This document shows, piece after piece, positions 31,545-40,301 of a DNA stretch of 64,000 bases. Each line of letters starts with the position of its first letter. Position 1 is the stretch's first letter. The notes below the pieces were generated by a model. That model ran no database searches. It saw only the letters and a program-made list of their open reading frames with translations, and was not told the origin of the DNA. The DNA is from Prochlorococcus sp. AG-347-K17 (GTDB taxonomy: Bacteria; Cyanobacteriota; Cyanobacteriia; PCC-6307; Cyanobiaceae). The stretch lies in the NCBI GenBank assembly GCA_003281385.1, contig QCCE01000003.1:34031-98030 (forward strand). Direction: 5' to 3'. A program made the position numbers and the translations under genes.

Positions 31545-32912
31545 TTATTTTGAATCTGAAATCGGAAAAAATACTGTCAAGCCTGTATCACGTCTTTGTG
31601 TAACATGCCCTCCTAAACTAGCTAACAACTTTTGAGTGGCATTTTGACTAAGTTGTAAGCTTCCAGTTTGAGGGTTCCAATTTAAAACAGGACCAATATC
31701 AGAACCGTTATCTTTTTTTAGAATTTCTTTTTGATTGTTATCTAATTTTTGTACTTTGAGTTGAAGTTTGAGTTTTTGACCAGCTGGTCTTAATTCTAAA
31801 ATTAATGTACTACCTTCTTTTAATCCTCTAGTATTTTTATCAATTAATCCTCTTAACATTAATTCTAATTTTTCAGAATCACTTAAAATTTGAGGAAGTT
31901 GTTTGGGGATATCTATCTTTAAAGAAATACCACGTCGATTTAATTGTTTATTCCATAAAGGAGCAAGCTTTTCAAAAATTTCGGCTAAATTAATTTTCGC
32001 TAAGTTATTCAATGATGGCGCTTCATTACCAACTAATTCTGCTGCATTAAAAATTAAACCAAACCTATCAATTTGTTCATTACATTCATTATCTATTTGA
32101 ATTAAACGATTTCTCATTGATTCATCCATTTTATATTTTTTTAAAGTAGAACTTATTAAGGTTCTTATTGTTGCCAAAGGAGTTCTTACTTCATGAGAAA
32201 TTGCACGTAATAATTTTGCTTCAGTTATTTGCAAATTTTTTTCATCATTTTTCGCAGAATTCTGTATATTAGGATTAGGAGTAATATTTGCTAATTTTGC
32301 CGATAATATTGGCCAAAATAATTTTTCAAATTGATTATTAATATTAAGATTACCTAAATTATTAATTGCATTACGAAATTTTACTCCTTCCTCATAATTA
32401 TCTTGATTTAATTTTGCATGCATTAATTCAATTGAAAGTTTAAGGCTCTCTTCATCACACTTCATTAATAGGATTTTCTTATCTTTTTCTCCTACAATTG
32501 ATAATACGCATTGAAAATTTGGAGTGATTATCATCAAAAATGGTTCATAGCCATCTTCTTGACAAAGATTTAAGACTTTATAATTTCTAACTAAATCGAA
32601 ATCTTTTTTTATCTTTTCTGAATTATTGACTGGCAAAAAACCTGCATTCTCATTTTGAAAGTATGGAAACCCATCAGGAGCCCAAAGCCATCCATGAAGT
32701 TGATTTAAAAATTTTTTATCATTAAAAGCTGGCAATGGCGAGGCAACCCATATCCCTCCCTGTTTATAATTCTGAGAAAGGAAATCTTTTTGAATAACTT
32801 CTAAAGAAGCCCACCACATTCTTCTAGATGTATCATCATCCACACATATGGTTTTAACTTCTTTAATCAAAAGCTCTTGAATTTTTTTTATAGTTATTTG
32901 TGATTTCATCAA
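31545..32912 (-). CDS. sensor histidine kinase-like protein (HisKA H-box present, atypical ATP-binding boxes)
   Basis: 455-aa ORF with the H-box ISHEVRTPLATIRTL. The C-terminal region is HATPase-like, but the G1 and G2 boxes look degenerate (DNGSDIG, TGSLQLS). Its start overlaps the stop of the upstream SEDS gene by 4 nt. Confidence 0.7.
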   Translation of the reverse strand: MMKSQITIKKIQELLIKEVKTICVDDDTSRRMWWASLEVIQKDFLSQNYKQGGIWVASPLPAFNDKKFLNQLHGWLWAPDGFPYFQNENAGFLPVNNSEKIKKDFDLVRNYKVLNLCQEDGYEPFLMIITPNFQCVLSIVGEKDKKILLMKCDEESLKLSIELMHAKLNQDNYEEGVKFRNAINNLGNLNINNQFEKLFWPILSAKLANITPNPNIQNSAKNDEKNLQITEAKLLRAISHEVRTPLATIRTLISSTLKKYKMDESMRNRLIQIDNECNEQIDRFGLIFNAAELVGNEAPSLNNLAKINLAEIFEKLAPLWNKQLNRRGISLKIDIPKQLPQILSDSEKLELMLRGLIDKNTRGLKEGSTLILELRPAGQKLKLQLKVQKLDNNQKEILKKDNGSDIGPVLNWNPQTGSLQLSQNATQKLLASLGGHVTQRRDTGLTVFFPISDSK

Positions 32913-34180
32913 CTTCTTAGTGATCTAGAACGTTTTAATATAGATAAAACAAATCCCATAGATATAAAATTAGTCACCAATGACGTTCGGCCATAGCTCA
33001 TAAAAGGGAGTGGAATCCCAGTAACTGGTCCTAATCCAATAGTCATAAATAAGTTAATAATTATTTGAAATAAAAAAGTTGAAGCTATTCCAATAACAAT
33101 TAGAGATTCAAAGTTAGTCCTAGCAATTGTTGCAATATGAATAAGTTTTTTAATCAAAAAAAAGAACAAAAATAAAACTAAAGCGCACCCCACAAAACCT
33201 AACTCTTCCCCTAAAGCACTGAATATGAAATCAGTATGTTGTTCAGGTATAAATTGCAAATTAGTCAGCTTACCTTGTAGCAAACCAGTACCAAATAATC
33301 CTCCAGAACCAATTGCAATTTTACTCTGTATCAAATGATATCCGCCACCTAATGGATCTCTACCTGGATCTAAAAATAAAACTAATCTATCTTTTTGATA
33401 ATCTTTTAAGCCATATTGCCACAAAATTGGAGTAAATTTTGCCACTAATAAATGAAATGAAATAGCGAGAGCAGAAAAAATAATTTTCTTTTTTGAAGAT
33501 CTATAAGCAAGATATCCTATAACTGGAATCCAGAAAATAAGAAGAGTAGGTAAGGTTAAATATAGTATTGATGTGATAATACAAAATACTAAAATCAAAA
33601 TCCACTCTATGGGCATTTGAGACCAATAGAGCATTACACCTGTCAAAACAATTAAAACTAAAGAGGTACCCAAGTCCGGTTGAAAGAAAATTAATAACCA
33701 AGGAATAACTACTACTTGTGAGGGCAATACTAAATCTCTTATTGTTAGGATTATTTTTTTGTCAAGTACTAATGCAAGAGTTAATACAGTACTAAGTTTT
33801 GCTACCTCTGAAGGCTGAAAAGAAAAGATACCCAAGTTTAGCCATCTTTGAGCTCCAGAAACTGAAATCCCAAAAAAATAAATAAGTAATAAGGATATTA
33901 AAGTACAAAAATAAAATGGAACTAAATACTTTCTAAGTCTCTCTAACGGTATAAAAGAAATAAAAAATGCTAAGAAATAACCTAAAAAACCAGTTAATAT
34001 ATGACCTAAATAGTTCGATACTAAAAAATCACCCTGAATACTTTTTATCAAAAAACCCGAAATAATAACTAAAAACAAGGGAATAATAAGTAGCGGAGAA
34101 AATAAAAAACCTCTTTTAAAGTTGTCTTTTTTTTGTAAAAATCTTCTGTTATTTAATAAAGAAATTCTCTTAAACATCAA
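32909..34180 (-). CDS. SEDS-family peptidoglycan glycosyltransferase (RodA/FtsW family)
   Basis: 423-aa polytopic membrane ORF with SEDS blocks (GAQRWLNLGIFSFQPSEVAKL, PEQHTDFIFSALGEELGFVG, PLPFMSYGRTS). Confidence 0.9.
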   Translation of the reverse strand: MMFKRISLLNNRRFLQKKDNFKRGFLFSPLLIIPLFLVIISGFLIKSIQGDFLVSNYLGHILTGFLGYFLAFFISFIPLERLRKYLVPFYFCTLISLLLIYFFGISVSGAQRWLNLGIFSFQPSEVAKLSTVLTLALVLDKKIILTIRDLVLPSQVVVIPWLLIFFQPDLGTSLVLIVLTGVMLYWSQMPIEWILILVFCIITSILYLTLPTLLIFWIPVIGYLAYRSSKKKIIFSALAISFHLLVAKFTPILWQYGLKDYQKDRLVLFLDPGRDPLGGGYHLIQSKIAIGSGGLFGTGLLQGKLTNLQFIPEQHTDFIFSALGEELGFVGCALVLFLFFFLIKKLIHIATIARTNFESLIVIGIASTFLFQIIINLFMTIGLGPVTGIPLPFMSYGRTSLVTNFISMGFVLSILKRSRSLRS

Positions 34181-35251
34181 TTAAGCATTAACAAATTGAT
34201 TCTTAATTAATTTAGCTAAATTACCAAATACGACAGAACTTTCTTTATTGGGCTGGCTTATTGAGATTGGTACACCTTTGTTACTATCATCAACGAGAGG
34301 GATCTCAATAGGAATTTGAGCTAATAATGGTAAGTCATTTTCGTTAGCTAATGTTTGTCCACCACCTTTACCAAAAATTTCATATTTTTTACCTGGCATA
34401 TCTGGCGGAATAAATACTGACATATTTTCTACAATTCCCAGCAAAGGTACTCCGAGTTGTTTAAACATGGCTAATCCCCTCCTTGCATCTTGCAAAGATA
34501 CTTGTTGCGGAGTAGTGACAACTATAGCTCCAGAGATAGGAACAGATTGAGAAAGGGATATTTGGGCGTCTCCTGTTCCTGGAGGCAAATCAATAACCAA
34601 AAAATCAAGATTATTCCATTCAACTTGGTACAAAAATTGTCTGATAATACTATTAAGCATTGGTCCTCTCCATATAACTGGCTGACCTTCTTCTATGAGG
34701 AAACCCATTGATACTAATGAAATCCCATACTTATTTATTGGTATTAACCTTTGATCACTGCCACTTCCTTCTGTAACCTTTGGATTCTGTTCAGCAACTC
34801 CCATCATTGAGGGAGTATTAGGTCCATATATATCCGCATCCAGCAAACCAGTTTTCAACCCTAATTTAGCTAAAGAACAAGCGAGATTAACTGCGATTGT
34901 ACTTTTTCCAACTCCTCCTTTACCACTACTAACAGCTATGATATGCCGAATACCATCAATATCCTGCAACTCAGGAGCATTACTCTGATTTTGAGATTCT
35001 GTTTTGGAAGGATTATTATCTATCTCTATTTGGACATCATCAATATCTTCAAAATCCAGTAGTACCCCTCTAACCTCTTGTACAATTCTATCTCTCTGAG
35101 AATTTGCAAATGATGGTAATGATAATGTTACGATTACTCTCGGTATAGTTACTCTTACATTTCTTATCCAAGCTAATTCAATTACATTTTTCTGTGATCC
35201 AGCATCTAAAACTTTTTGTAAAGCAAAATTCGCATCTTCTATTGTGGTCAT
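34181..35251 (-). CDS. Mrp/ApbC/NBP35-family Fe-S cluster carrier ATPase with N-terminal DUF59-like domain
   Basis: 356-aa ORF with the deviant Walker A VSSGKGGVGKST, DLPPGTGD, and a CxxC-less cyanobacterial Mrp layout. It abuts the SEDS gene start with 0-nt spacing. Confidence 0.9.
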   Translation of the reverse strand: MTTIEDANFALQKVLDAGSQKNVIELAWIRNVRVTIPRVIVTLSLPSFANSQRDRIVQEVRGVLLDFEDIDDVQIEIDNNPSKTESQNQSNAPELQDIDGIRHIIAVSSGKGGVGKSTIAVNLACSLAKLGLKTGLLDADIYGPNTPSMMGVAEQNPKVTEGSGSDQRLIPINKYGISLVSMGFLIEEGQPVIWRGPMLNSIIRQFLYQVEWNNLDFLVIDLPPGTGDAQISLSQSVPISGAIVVTTPQQVSLQDARRGLAMFKQLGVPLLGIVENMSVFIPPDMPGKKYEIFGKGGGQTLANENDLPLLAQIPIEIPLVDDSNKGVPISISQPNKESSVVFGNLAKLIKNQFVNA

Positions 35252-35410
35252 TAAATTTTTAAATATTTTGACAAGGTAGTCGACTGTTTAAAAGATTAAG
35301 AACTATGTCGAACTATCAAATAATAGGCAATTAGGTCCCCCTAAGAGAAATTATAAAGAGAAACTTATAATTAACCCAAAAAATTTTTTTCTTCAAGATT
35401 TACTAAATAC

Positions 35411-36439
35411 ATGTTGAAAGAACCTCCTAAAAACTCGAGAGAAAAAACTAAAAATCTCTTATTAACTCTACAAGACAAAATTTGTTCGGGACTTGAAAAT
35501 GTAGATGGCAAAGGGAAATTTACAGAGGAATCCTGGCTAAGAGACGAAGGTGGCGGTGGAAGATCAAGAGTATTAAAAAATGGTTCTATTTTTGAGCAGG
35601 CAGGCGTTAATTTCTCGGAAGTACAGGGAAAAGAATTACCTCAATCTATAATCTCTCAACGGCCCGAAGCAAAAGGTCATGAATGGTTTGCTACGGGAAC
35701 CTCAATGGTTTTGCATCCTAGGAATCCCTATATTCCTACAGTTCATCTGAATTATCGATATTTCGAAGCTGGTCCTGTTTGGTGGTTTGGGGGAGGTGCA
35801 GACTTAACCCCTTTTTATCCTTATCTTTCTGATGTAAGAAATTTTCATAACGAGCATAAAAAAGCTTGTGAAAAAGTTGATCAAGATTTACATAAAGTTT
35901 TCAAACCATGGTGTGATGAATATTTCTTCTTGAAGCATAGAAATGAATCTAGAGGTATAGGAGGCATTTTTTATGATTATCAAGATGGTTCAGGCAATAT
36001 TTATAGAGGAAATAATCAAAATGGAGAGGCATCAAAAGCTTCACAAGATATTGGCAGATCTAATTTAAATTGGGATAATTTATTTTCTTTAGCGGAAAAA
36101 TGTGGGCAGGCATTCCTCCCCTCATATTTGCCCATTATTGAAAAAAGAGCTTCTCAAACATTTTCATCGAAGGAAAGAGAATTCCAGCTATATCGAAGAG
36201 GTAGATATGTCGAATTCAATTTAGTTTGGGATAGAGGTACGATTTTTGGACTACAAACAAATGGCAGAACTGAATCTATATTAATGTCCTTACCGCCTTT
36301 AGCTAGATGGGAATATGGATATAAAGCTAAAAAAGATTCTCGAGAGGAATTGCTCACATCAATATTTACAAAACCCCAAGATTGGTTAAATGATAAAGAG
36401 TTAGAGAAATTTTGTATGGAGAATAATATTTTTGATTAA
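35411..36439 (+). CDS. hemF: oxygen-dependent coproporphyrinogen III oxidase
   Basis: 342-aa ORF with HemF blocks ([52 protein letters not shown]). Confidence 0.96.
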   Translation: MLKEPPKNSREKTKNLLLTLQDKICSGLENVDGKGKFTEESWLRDEGGGGRSRVLKNGSIFEQAGVNFSEVQGKELPQSIISQRPEAKGHEWFATGTSMVLHPRNPYIPTVHLNYRYFEAGPVWWFGGGADLTPFYPYLSDVRNFHNEHKKACEKVDQDLHKVFKPWCDEYFFLKHRNESRGIGGIFYDYQDGSGNIYRGNNQNGEASKASQDIGRSNLNWDNLFSLAEKCGQAFLPSYLPIIEKRASQTFSSKEREFQLYRRGRYVEFNLVWDRGTIFGLQTNGRTESILMSLPPLARWEYGYKAKKDSREELLTSIFTKPQDWLNDKELEKFCMENNIFD

Positions 36440-36466
36440 ATTTATCAAATAAAATTTTAATGTATC

Positions 36467-37027
36467 TTAAATAGGTGTTTTAAATAAAGAACCGTCACTT
36501 TTTAATTGAAGTTTTTCTCCAAGTTCATTTTCTAAAGAAATTAATTCATCCCTATGAGCTCTTAATCTCATGAAAGTTGAATCATTTTCATTTTCGTTCA
36601 TCAACCTTAATTCAAATTTCTCCTCTCTTGCTGATTTTTTAAAATAAATAATTCCAGACAAAGGGCCACCAATTAATCCCAAAAGAATAGGCCACCAACC
36701 TAATTCAGGATATATTTGAATAATTACTAATCCCAAAGCACAAGAACCAAAACCGCCAAGAAAACCTAAAAAAATTGCTAAAAATTTACTAGAAACAACT
36801 TGACCCTTGAATATTAAAATTCTTTGTTCAAAATCTCCTCCTGTTTGCTTCCATCCCCTCAAATTAAGCCATTCACATAAACCATTTAAAACCTTAACTG
36901 GCTGCTGAGAAGATGAAATCTCAACTATGGTAGTTCTATCTTTACTGGAAGCCCTAAGAAAAAAAAATAATCCTATGGCCAAGAGAATTGTTAGCAATAA
37001 TGTTGAATTTAAGGAGTAGGACATCAA
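36467..37027 (-). CDS. conserved cyanobacterial membrane protein of unknown function
   Basis: 186-aa ORF with an N-terminal TM helix, two central TM helices and a charged C-terminal tail. I recognise no catalytic motif. Confidence 0.55.
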   Translation of the reverse strand: MMSYSLNSTLLLTILLAIGLFFFLRASSKDRTTIVEISSSQQPVKVLNGLCEWLNLRGWKQTGGDFEQRILIFKGQVVSSKFLAIFLGFLGGFGSCALGLVIIQIYPELGWWPILLGLIGGPLSGIIYFKKSAREEKFELRLMNENENDSTFMRLRAHRDELISLENELGEKLQLKSDGSLFKTPI

Positions 37028-37185
37028 ATAAATTTTTACTGACTCGGGAATAAAAATTAAAGTTACATCATATTATAATTTTTTTGAATTATTCTGTAAA
37101 ATATCCCTATTAGATAAAAATTCTTAATTAATTCAAATCTTAAGTAATATTCTAAATCTTAAATTACTTTAAGTACTTATTAAAA

Positions 37186-37821
37186 ATGACTATTGAAAAT
37201 AAAAATATTGATCTTCTTTATGGCGATTTAAATACGGATTTATACAATCTTTATAAAAAATCATCCTACCTAGCTATTGACACTGAAGCAATGGGGTTAA
37301 TTCATGGAAGAGATAGACTTTGTTTGGTACAAATCTGTAATGAATTTGGTAAAACATCCTGTATAAAAATAGAACTAAATACCTCTTCTTCACCTTATTT
37401 AAAATCACTTCTTGAAGATGACAAAATTACTAAAATATTTCATTATGCAAGATTTGATGTAGCAGCTCTAAAATGCAATCTTGAAATTAATACCAAAAAT
37501 ATTTTTTGTACTAAAATTGCTAGTAAATTGGCAAGAACTTATACAAATAAACACGGTTTGAAAGATTTAATAAATGAATTACTAGGCATAGAACTGGACA
37601 AAAGCTCTCAAAGCAGTGATTGGGGTAGAAACGAAGATTTAACAAAAGAACAATTAGATTATGCAGCAAATGATGTTAGATATTTAATTGAAGCGATGCA
37701 TAAATTAAAAGTTATCTTAGAAAGAGAAAATAGATATGAATTAGCTCAAAAATGTTTCGAAACAGTATCTGTACATTCTGATTTAGATATACACAAATTC
37801 TCAAATATATTTGAACATTAA
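37186..37821 (+). CDS. DEDDy 3'-5' exonuclease domain protein (RNase D-like)
   Basis: 211-aa ORF with ExoI AIDTEAMGL, ExoII (HYARFDVAAL) and ExoIII YAANDVRYL motifs. Confidence 0.8.
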   Translation: MTIENKNIDLLYGDLNTDLYNLYKKSSYLAIDTEAMGLIHGRDRLCLVQICNEFGKTSCIKIELNTSSSPYLKSLLEDDKITKIFHYARFDVAALKCNLEINTKNIFCTKIASKLARTYTNKHGLKDLINELLGIELDKSSQSSDWGRNEDLTKEQLDYAANDVRYLIEAMHKLKVILERENRYELAQKCFETVSVHSDLDIHKFSNIFEH

Positions 37822-37824
37822 GAA

Positions 37825-38091
37825 TTAATCTTCAGTTAAAAAATTATCTTCACCATCAAGAGTTTCCATAAGCTTATCCAGTATTCTTGAAGAACTTAAT
37901 TTATCTCCATCATTTTTTTCACAAATTTTTAAGACATTTTGAGCAACTTGTATTTTGTCTTGAATAGTTTTCGAGCCTTCTTTTGCAATTTGAATTTCTA
38001 CTTTCTTCTTAGCAGAAGATAAGCTTATACTCATAAGTTTTGCAATTTCTGCACAAATTTTTAGATATTGCCGATCATTTATTGGATACAT
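37825..38091 (-). CDS. small conserved hypothetical protein
   Basis: Helical acidic ORF. I prefer the start at MYPINDRQY (38091) because the longer ORF-track version (38154) would overlap the stop of the upstream gene. Confidence 0.5.
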   Translation of the reverse strand: MYPINDRQYLKICAEIAKLMSISLSSAKKKVEIQIAKEGSKTIQDKIQVAQNVLKICEKNDGDKLSSSRILDKLMETLDGEDNFLTED

Positions 38092-38125
38092 AAAAGAATG
38101 AAAATTAATATGATATTGCCATTTA

Positions 38126-39397
38126 CTAAGATAACAAATGAAGGTGAATGGCATCTACGATTTTCTTACTTGCTCCGGATTTCCCCATTCTTTTTTTTCC
38201 AATTTTTGCTTGTTCTAGCCTATATACTTTTCTTTTCAAAAGTAAACTTAAACGTTTTAAAAGAATTTTTTTGTTCTTACAAACTAAAACACTACCTCCC
38301 AATAATCTTGATTGCCTTTTGGCAAAAGATTTTGTAAATTGTGGTCCACTTCCCGGTAGAGAAAGAGATGGAATTCCAAGGCCAGTAATTTGCTCTGTAG
38401 CAGTTCCTGCATTAGACAAGCCAATTTCTGCCATACTGGCCCATGAATTAAATTTACCTTTTCCAATTACTACATATTGACCTTTCTTTTTCCATACTGA
38501 ATCTTCATCAATTAAAAATTTAACTTTACTCTGTTTTTTAAAACCATATTTATTTAAATAACTGTGAATTTGAATCACATTCGCATTAATGCTCAAAGGC
38601 AAAAGTATTACCAAATCCTTTGATAAATCAAAATCTTGCAAACAAGCAAGAAAATTGTCAAGATTTTTAAGAGCTTCAGGGTATCTACTTCCAACTAATA
38701 AAATAATTCTCCTAAAAGAAATAATATTTGATATCTTCTCGTTTGTAGCATTAACAAAATCCATCATTGGATTACCAAAGTATTTTGCATCAATATTTTT
38801 TCTATTCAAATTATTAGCTGTAATTGTATCTCTCATAATTAAATTTTTACATCTTGGAGATTTCATTAAAAACATTTCCCATGGATCCCATTCAGAACCT
38901 TTTAACTTATGATAAAAATCGCTTAAATCCCAACCTGGCCCATTACTCCAAGTATGATCACTTTTGGGAGTTCCAATGAAAATAAATTCGCATTCTGAAC
39001 TCCAAGCGAAAAGTAATGGCAAGAAATCACCTACGGCTATGATTTTACAGTTATGTTTTAACTTCTGTTTTACAAGTAGATAATTTCTTAAATTATCGAT
39101 TAAAAATCCTGCAAACAAATCAAGCACAAATCCCTTCAGACTTTGATTACTAAAACCTCCACTAGGCAGATCTTTTAAATATCCTATTTTACGAAAATTC
39201 TTTGATTTTATGGAATTAAATACATCTCCATTTCCTACTAACGGTAAAACTTCAATATTTTTATTTTTTATTTTTTTTAGTAATCTTTTTATAATTTCGG
39301 ATGCGATTACATCTTCTCCATGACCATTGCATATAAATAATAGAGAATGAGACTCCTTACTGTTAAGATCATAAAAAGATTCATTGGAATCTTTTTC
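38126..39397 (-). CDS. lipid-A-disaccharide synthase-related (LpxB-like, GT-B fold) protein; 5' boundary unresolved
   Basis: The frame is open from the ATG at 39544 to the stop at 38126. Codons 39398-39468 are antisense to tRNA-Cys. The recognisable protein begins around SLLFICNGHGEDVIA (about 39343). No in-frame ATG, GTG or TTG lies between the tRNA and that motif. The family call is from memory of a cyanobacterial LpxB-related family. Confidence 0.6.
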   Translation of the reverse strand, partial: EKDSNESFYDLNSKESHSLLFICNGHGEDVIASEIIKRLLKKIKNKNIEVLPLVGNGDVFNSIKSKNFRKIGYLKDLPSGGFSNQSLKGFVLDLFAGFLIDNLRNYLLVKQKLKHNCKIIAVGDFLPLLFAWSSECEFIFIGTPKSDHTWSNGPGWDLSDFYHKLKGSEWDPWEMFLMKSPRCKNLIMRDTITANNLNRKNIDAKYFGNPMMDFVNATNEKISNIISFRRIILLVGSRYPEALKNLDNFLACLQDFDLSKDLVILLPLSINANVIQIHSYLNKYGFKKQSKVKFLIDEDSVWKKKGQYVVIGKGKFNSWASMAEIGLSNAGTATEQITGLGIPSLSLPGSGPQFTKSFAKRQSRLLGGSVLVCKNKKILLKRLSLLLKRKVYRLEQAKIGKKRMGKSGASKKIVDAIHLHLLS

Positions 39398-39468
39398 GGC
39401 GGCATGGCCAAGTGGTAAGGCAGAGGATTGCAAATCCTTTATCCCCAGTTCGAATCTGGGTGCCGCCT
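39398..39468 (+). tRNA. tRNA-Cys (anticodon GCA)
   Basis: Manual cloverleaf, 71 nt. Acceptor GGCGGCA/TGCCGCC. Anticodon stem GAGGA/TCCTT, loop TTGCAAA. T-arm CCCAG-TTCGAAT-CTGGG. Discriminator U. Confidence 0.92.
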
Positions 39469-39556
39469 TTCTCAAAACAAGGACAAAATTCCTTGTAATC
39501 CCCTCCAATAACATAAGTCTTGAATATCTGTTGTTGTATTTCAAGTGTTCAAAACT

Positions 39557-39590
39557 GGTAGGTGAGTGGTAGGTGAATCGACCTTATTAG
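39557..39590 (+). repeat. direct repeat copy A1, containing a tandem 11-nt GGTAGGTGAGT/GGTAGGTGAAT unit
   Basis: GGTAGGTGAGTGGTAGGTGAATCGACCTTATTAG. About 28 of its first 31 nt are identical to copy A2 at 39997-40030 by manual alignment. Confidence 0.8.
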
Positions 39591-39707
39591 TTCTTTTGAA
39601 TATTATCTCATGTATTAACCTACCAATAGAGATAAAATTGTTAGTCGAATAATCCAAACATAGAAGATTGCGGAATTTTTTTCAAAATTAATTTTATTAA
39701 TTGTTTC

Positions 39708-39860
39708 TTATTTTTTGAATAAATTCTGAATGACGTAAATATCAATAGCAGATGGATATTTTTGTTGGAACACCTTTATTGCATGTTTTGGAGAAATAGC
39801 GAAAATACTTGTTTTGACCTGGTAATTATCAATTAGACCTGAGATTAAAAAGGGTTTCAT
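39708..39860 (-). CDS. orphan 50-codon ORF inside the tRNA-Cys-proximal spacer (hypothetical)
   Basis: My own translation gives ATG 39860-39858 ... TAA 39710-39708: MKPFLISGLIDNYQVKTSIFAISPKHAIKVFQQKYPSAIDIYVIQNLFKK. It is below the ORF-track size cut-off and I recognise no homology. Confidence 0.3.
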   Translation of the reverse strand: MKPFLISGLIDNYQVKTSIFAISPKHAIKVFQQKYPSAIDIYVIQNLFKK

Positions 39861-39996
39861 CAGTTCTATAAAATAACCAGCGGTTTGTTAAATATATTTT
39901 AATTAAATTTAAATTTTTTACTTAAATTCTTCTTTTATATTTCACCTACCAAAGAAACGAAAAGTAGTTAAAAATAATTTAATTAATAATCTTATT

Positions 39997-40030
39997 AGTA
40001 GGTGAATGGTAGGTGAATACACCTTTTGAT
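39997..40030 (+). repeat. direct repeat copy A2, containing a tandem AGTAGGTGAAT/GGTAGGTGAAT unit
   Basis: AGTAGGTGAATGGTAGGTGAATACACCTTTTGAT. Same orientation as A1, about 440 bp downstream of it. Confidence 0.8.
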
Positions 40031-40072
40031 AAACTAAGAACCTAGTTATAACTTAATTCCTTAAGGTCGCCT

Positions 40073-40096
40073 CCCAATTCGAATCTGGGTACCGCA
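40073..40096 (+). repeat. degenerate duplicate of the tRNA-Cys 3' end (T-arm plus acceptor 3' strand); candidate att-site scar
   Basis: CCCAATTCGAATCTGGGTACCGCA compared with tRNA-Cys 39444-39467 CCCAGTTCGAATCTGGGTGCCGCC: 21 of 24 identical, same strand. No 5' half is present, so it is not a functional tRNA. Confidence 0.7.
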
Positions 40097-40301
40097 TTAT
40101 TAAATTTTTTGACGCATTTAATTATGAAGTTTTCCAAGAACTGCAATTTCAAATAAAAAGTATAAAGTTTCAATTACTTATTGATTTATAGAAAAATAAT
40201 CTTTTCTTTATTATTGATAAATAATACCTTATATCCAAAAAAAACTAAATGGATTAATTAATAATTTTCATCAGATTATTTATTTATAAATTTGAATTAT
40301 T

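Noticed and set aside
38068-38912. Plus-strand ORFs 38068-38337, 38148-38480 and 38589-38912, and the minus-strand ORF 38284-38466.
   Set aside because: All are embedded in the LpxB-related gene. They are antisense or alternative frames with phenylalanine/leucine/lysine-rich AT-bias composition.
39398-39544. N-terminal 49 codons of the 472-aa ORF-track protein (MKYNNRYSRLMLLEG...AAPRFELGIKDLQSSALPLGHAA).
   Set aside because: This segment is antisense to tRNA-Cys and its downstream spacer and does not look like part of a GT-B protein. I kept it only as an alternative in the start-codon finding, not as annotated CDS.
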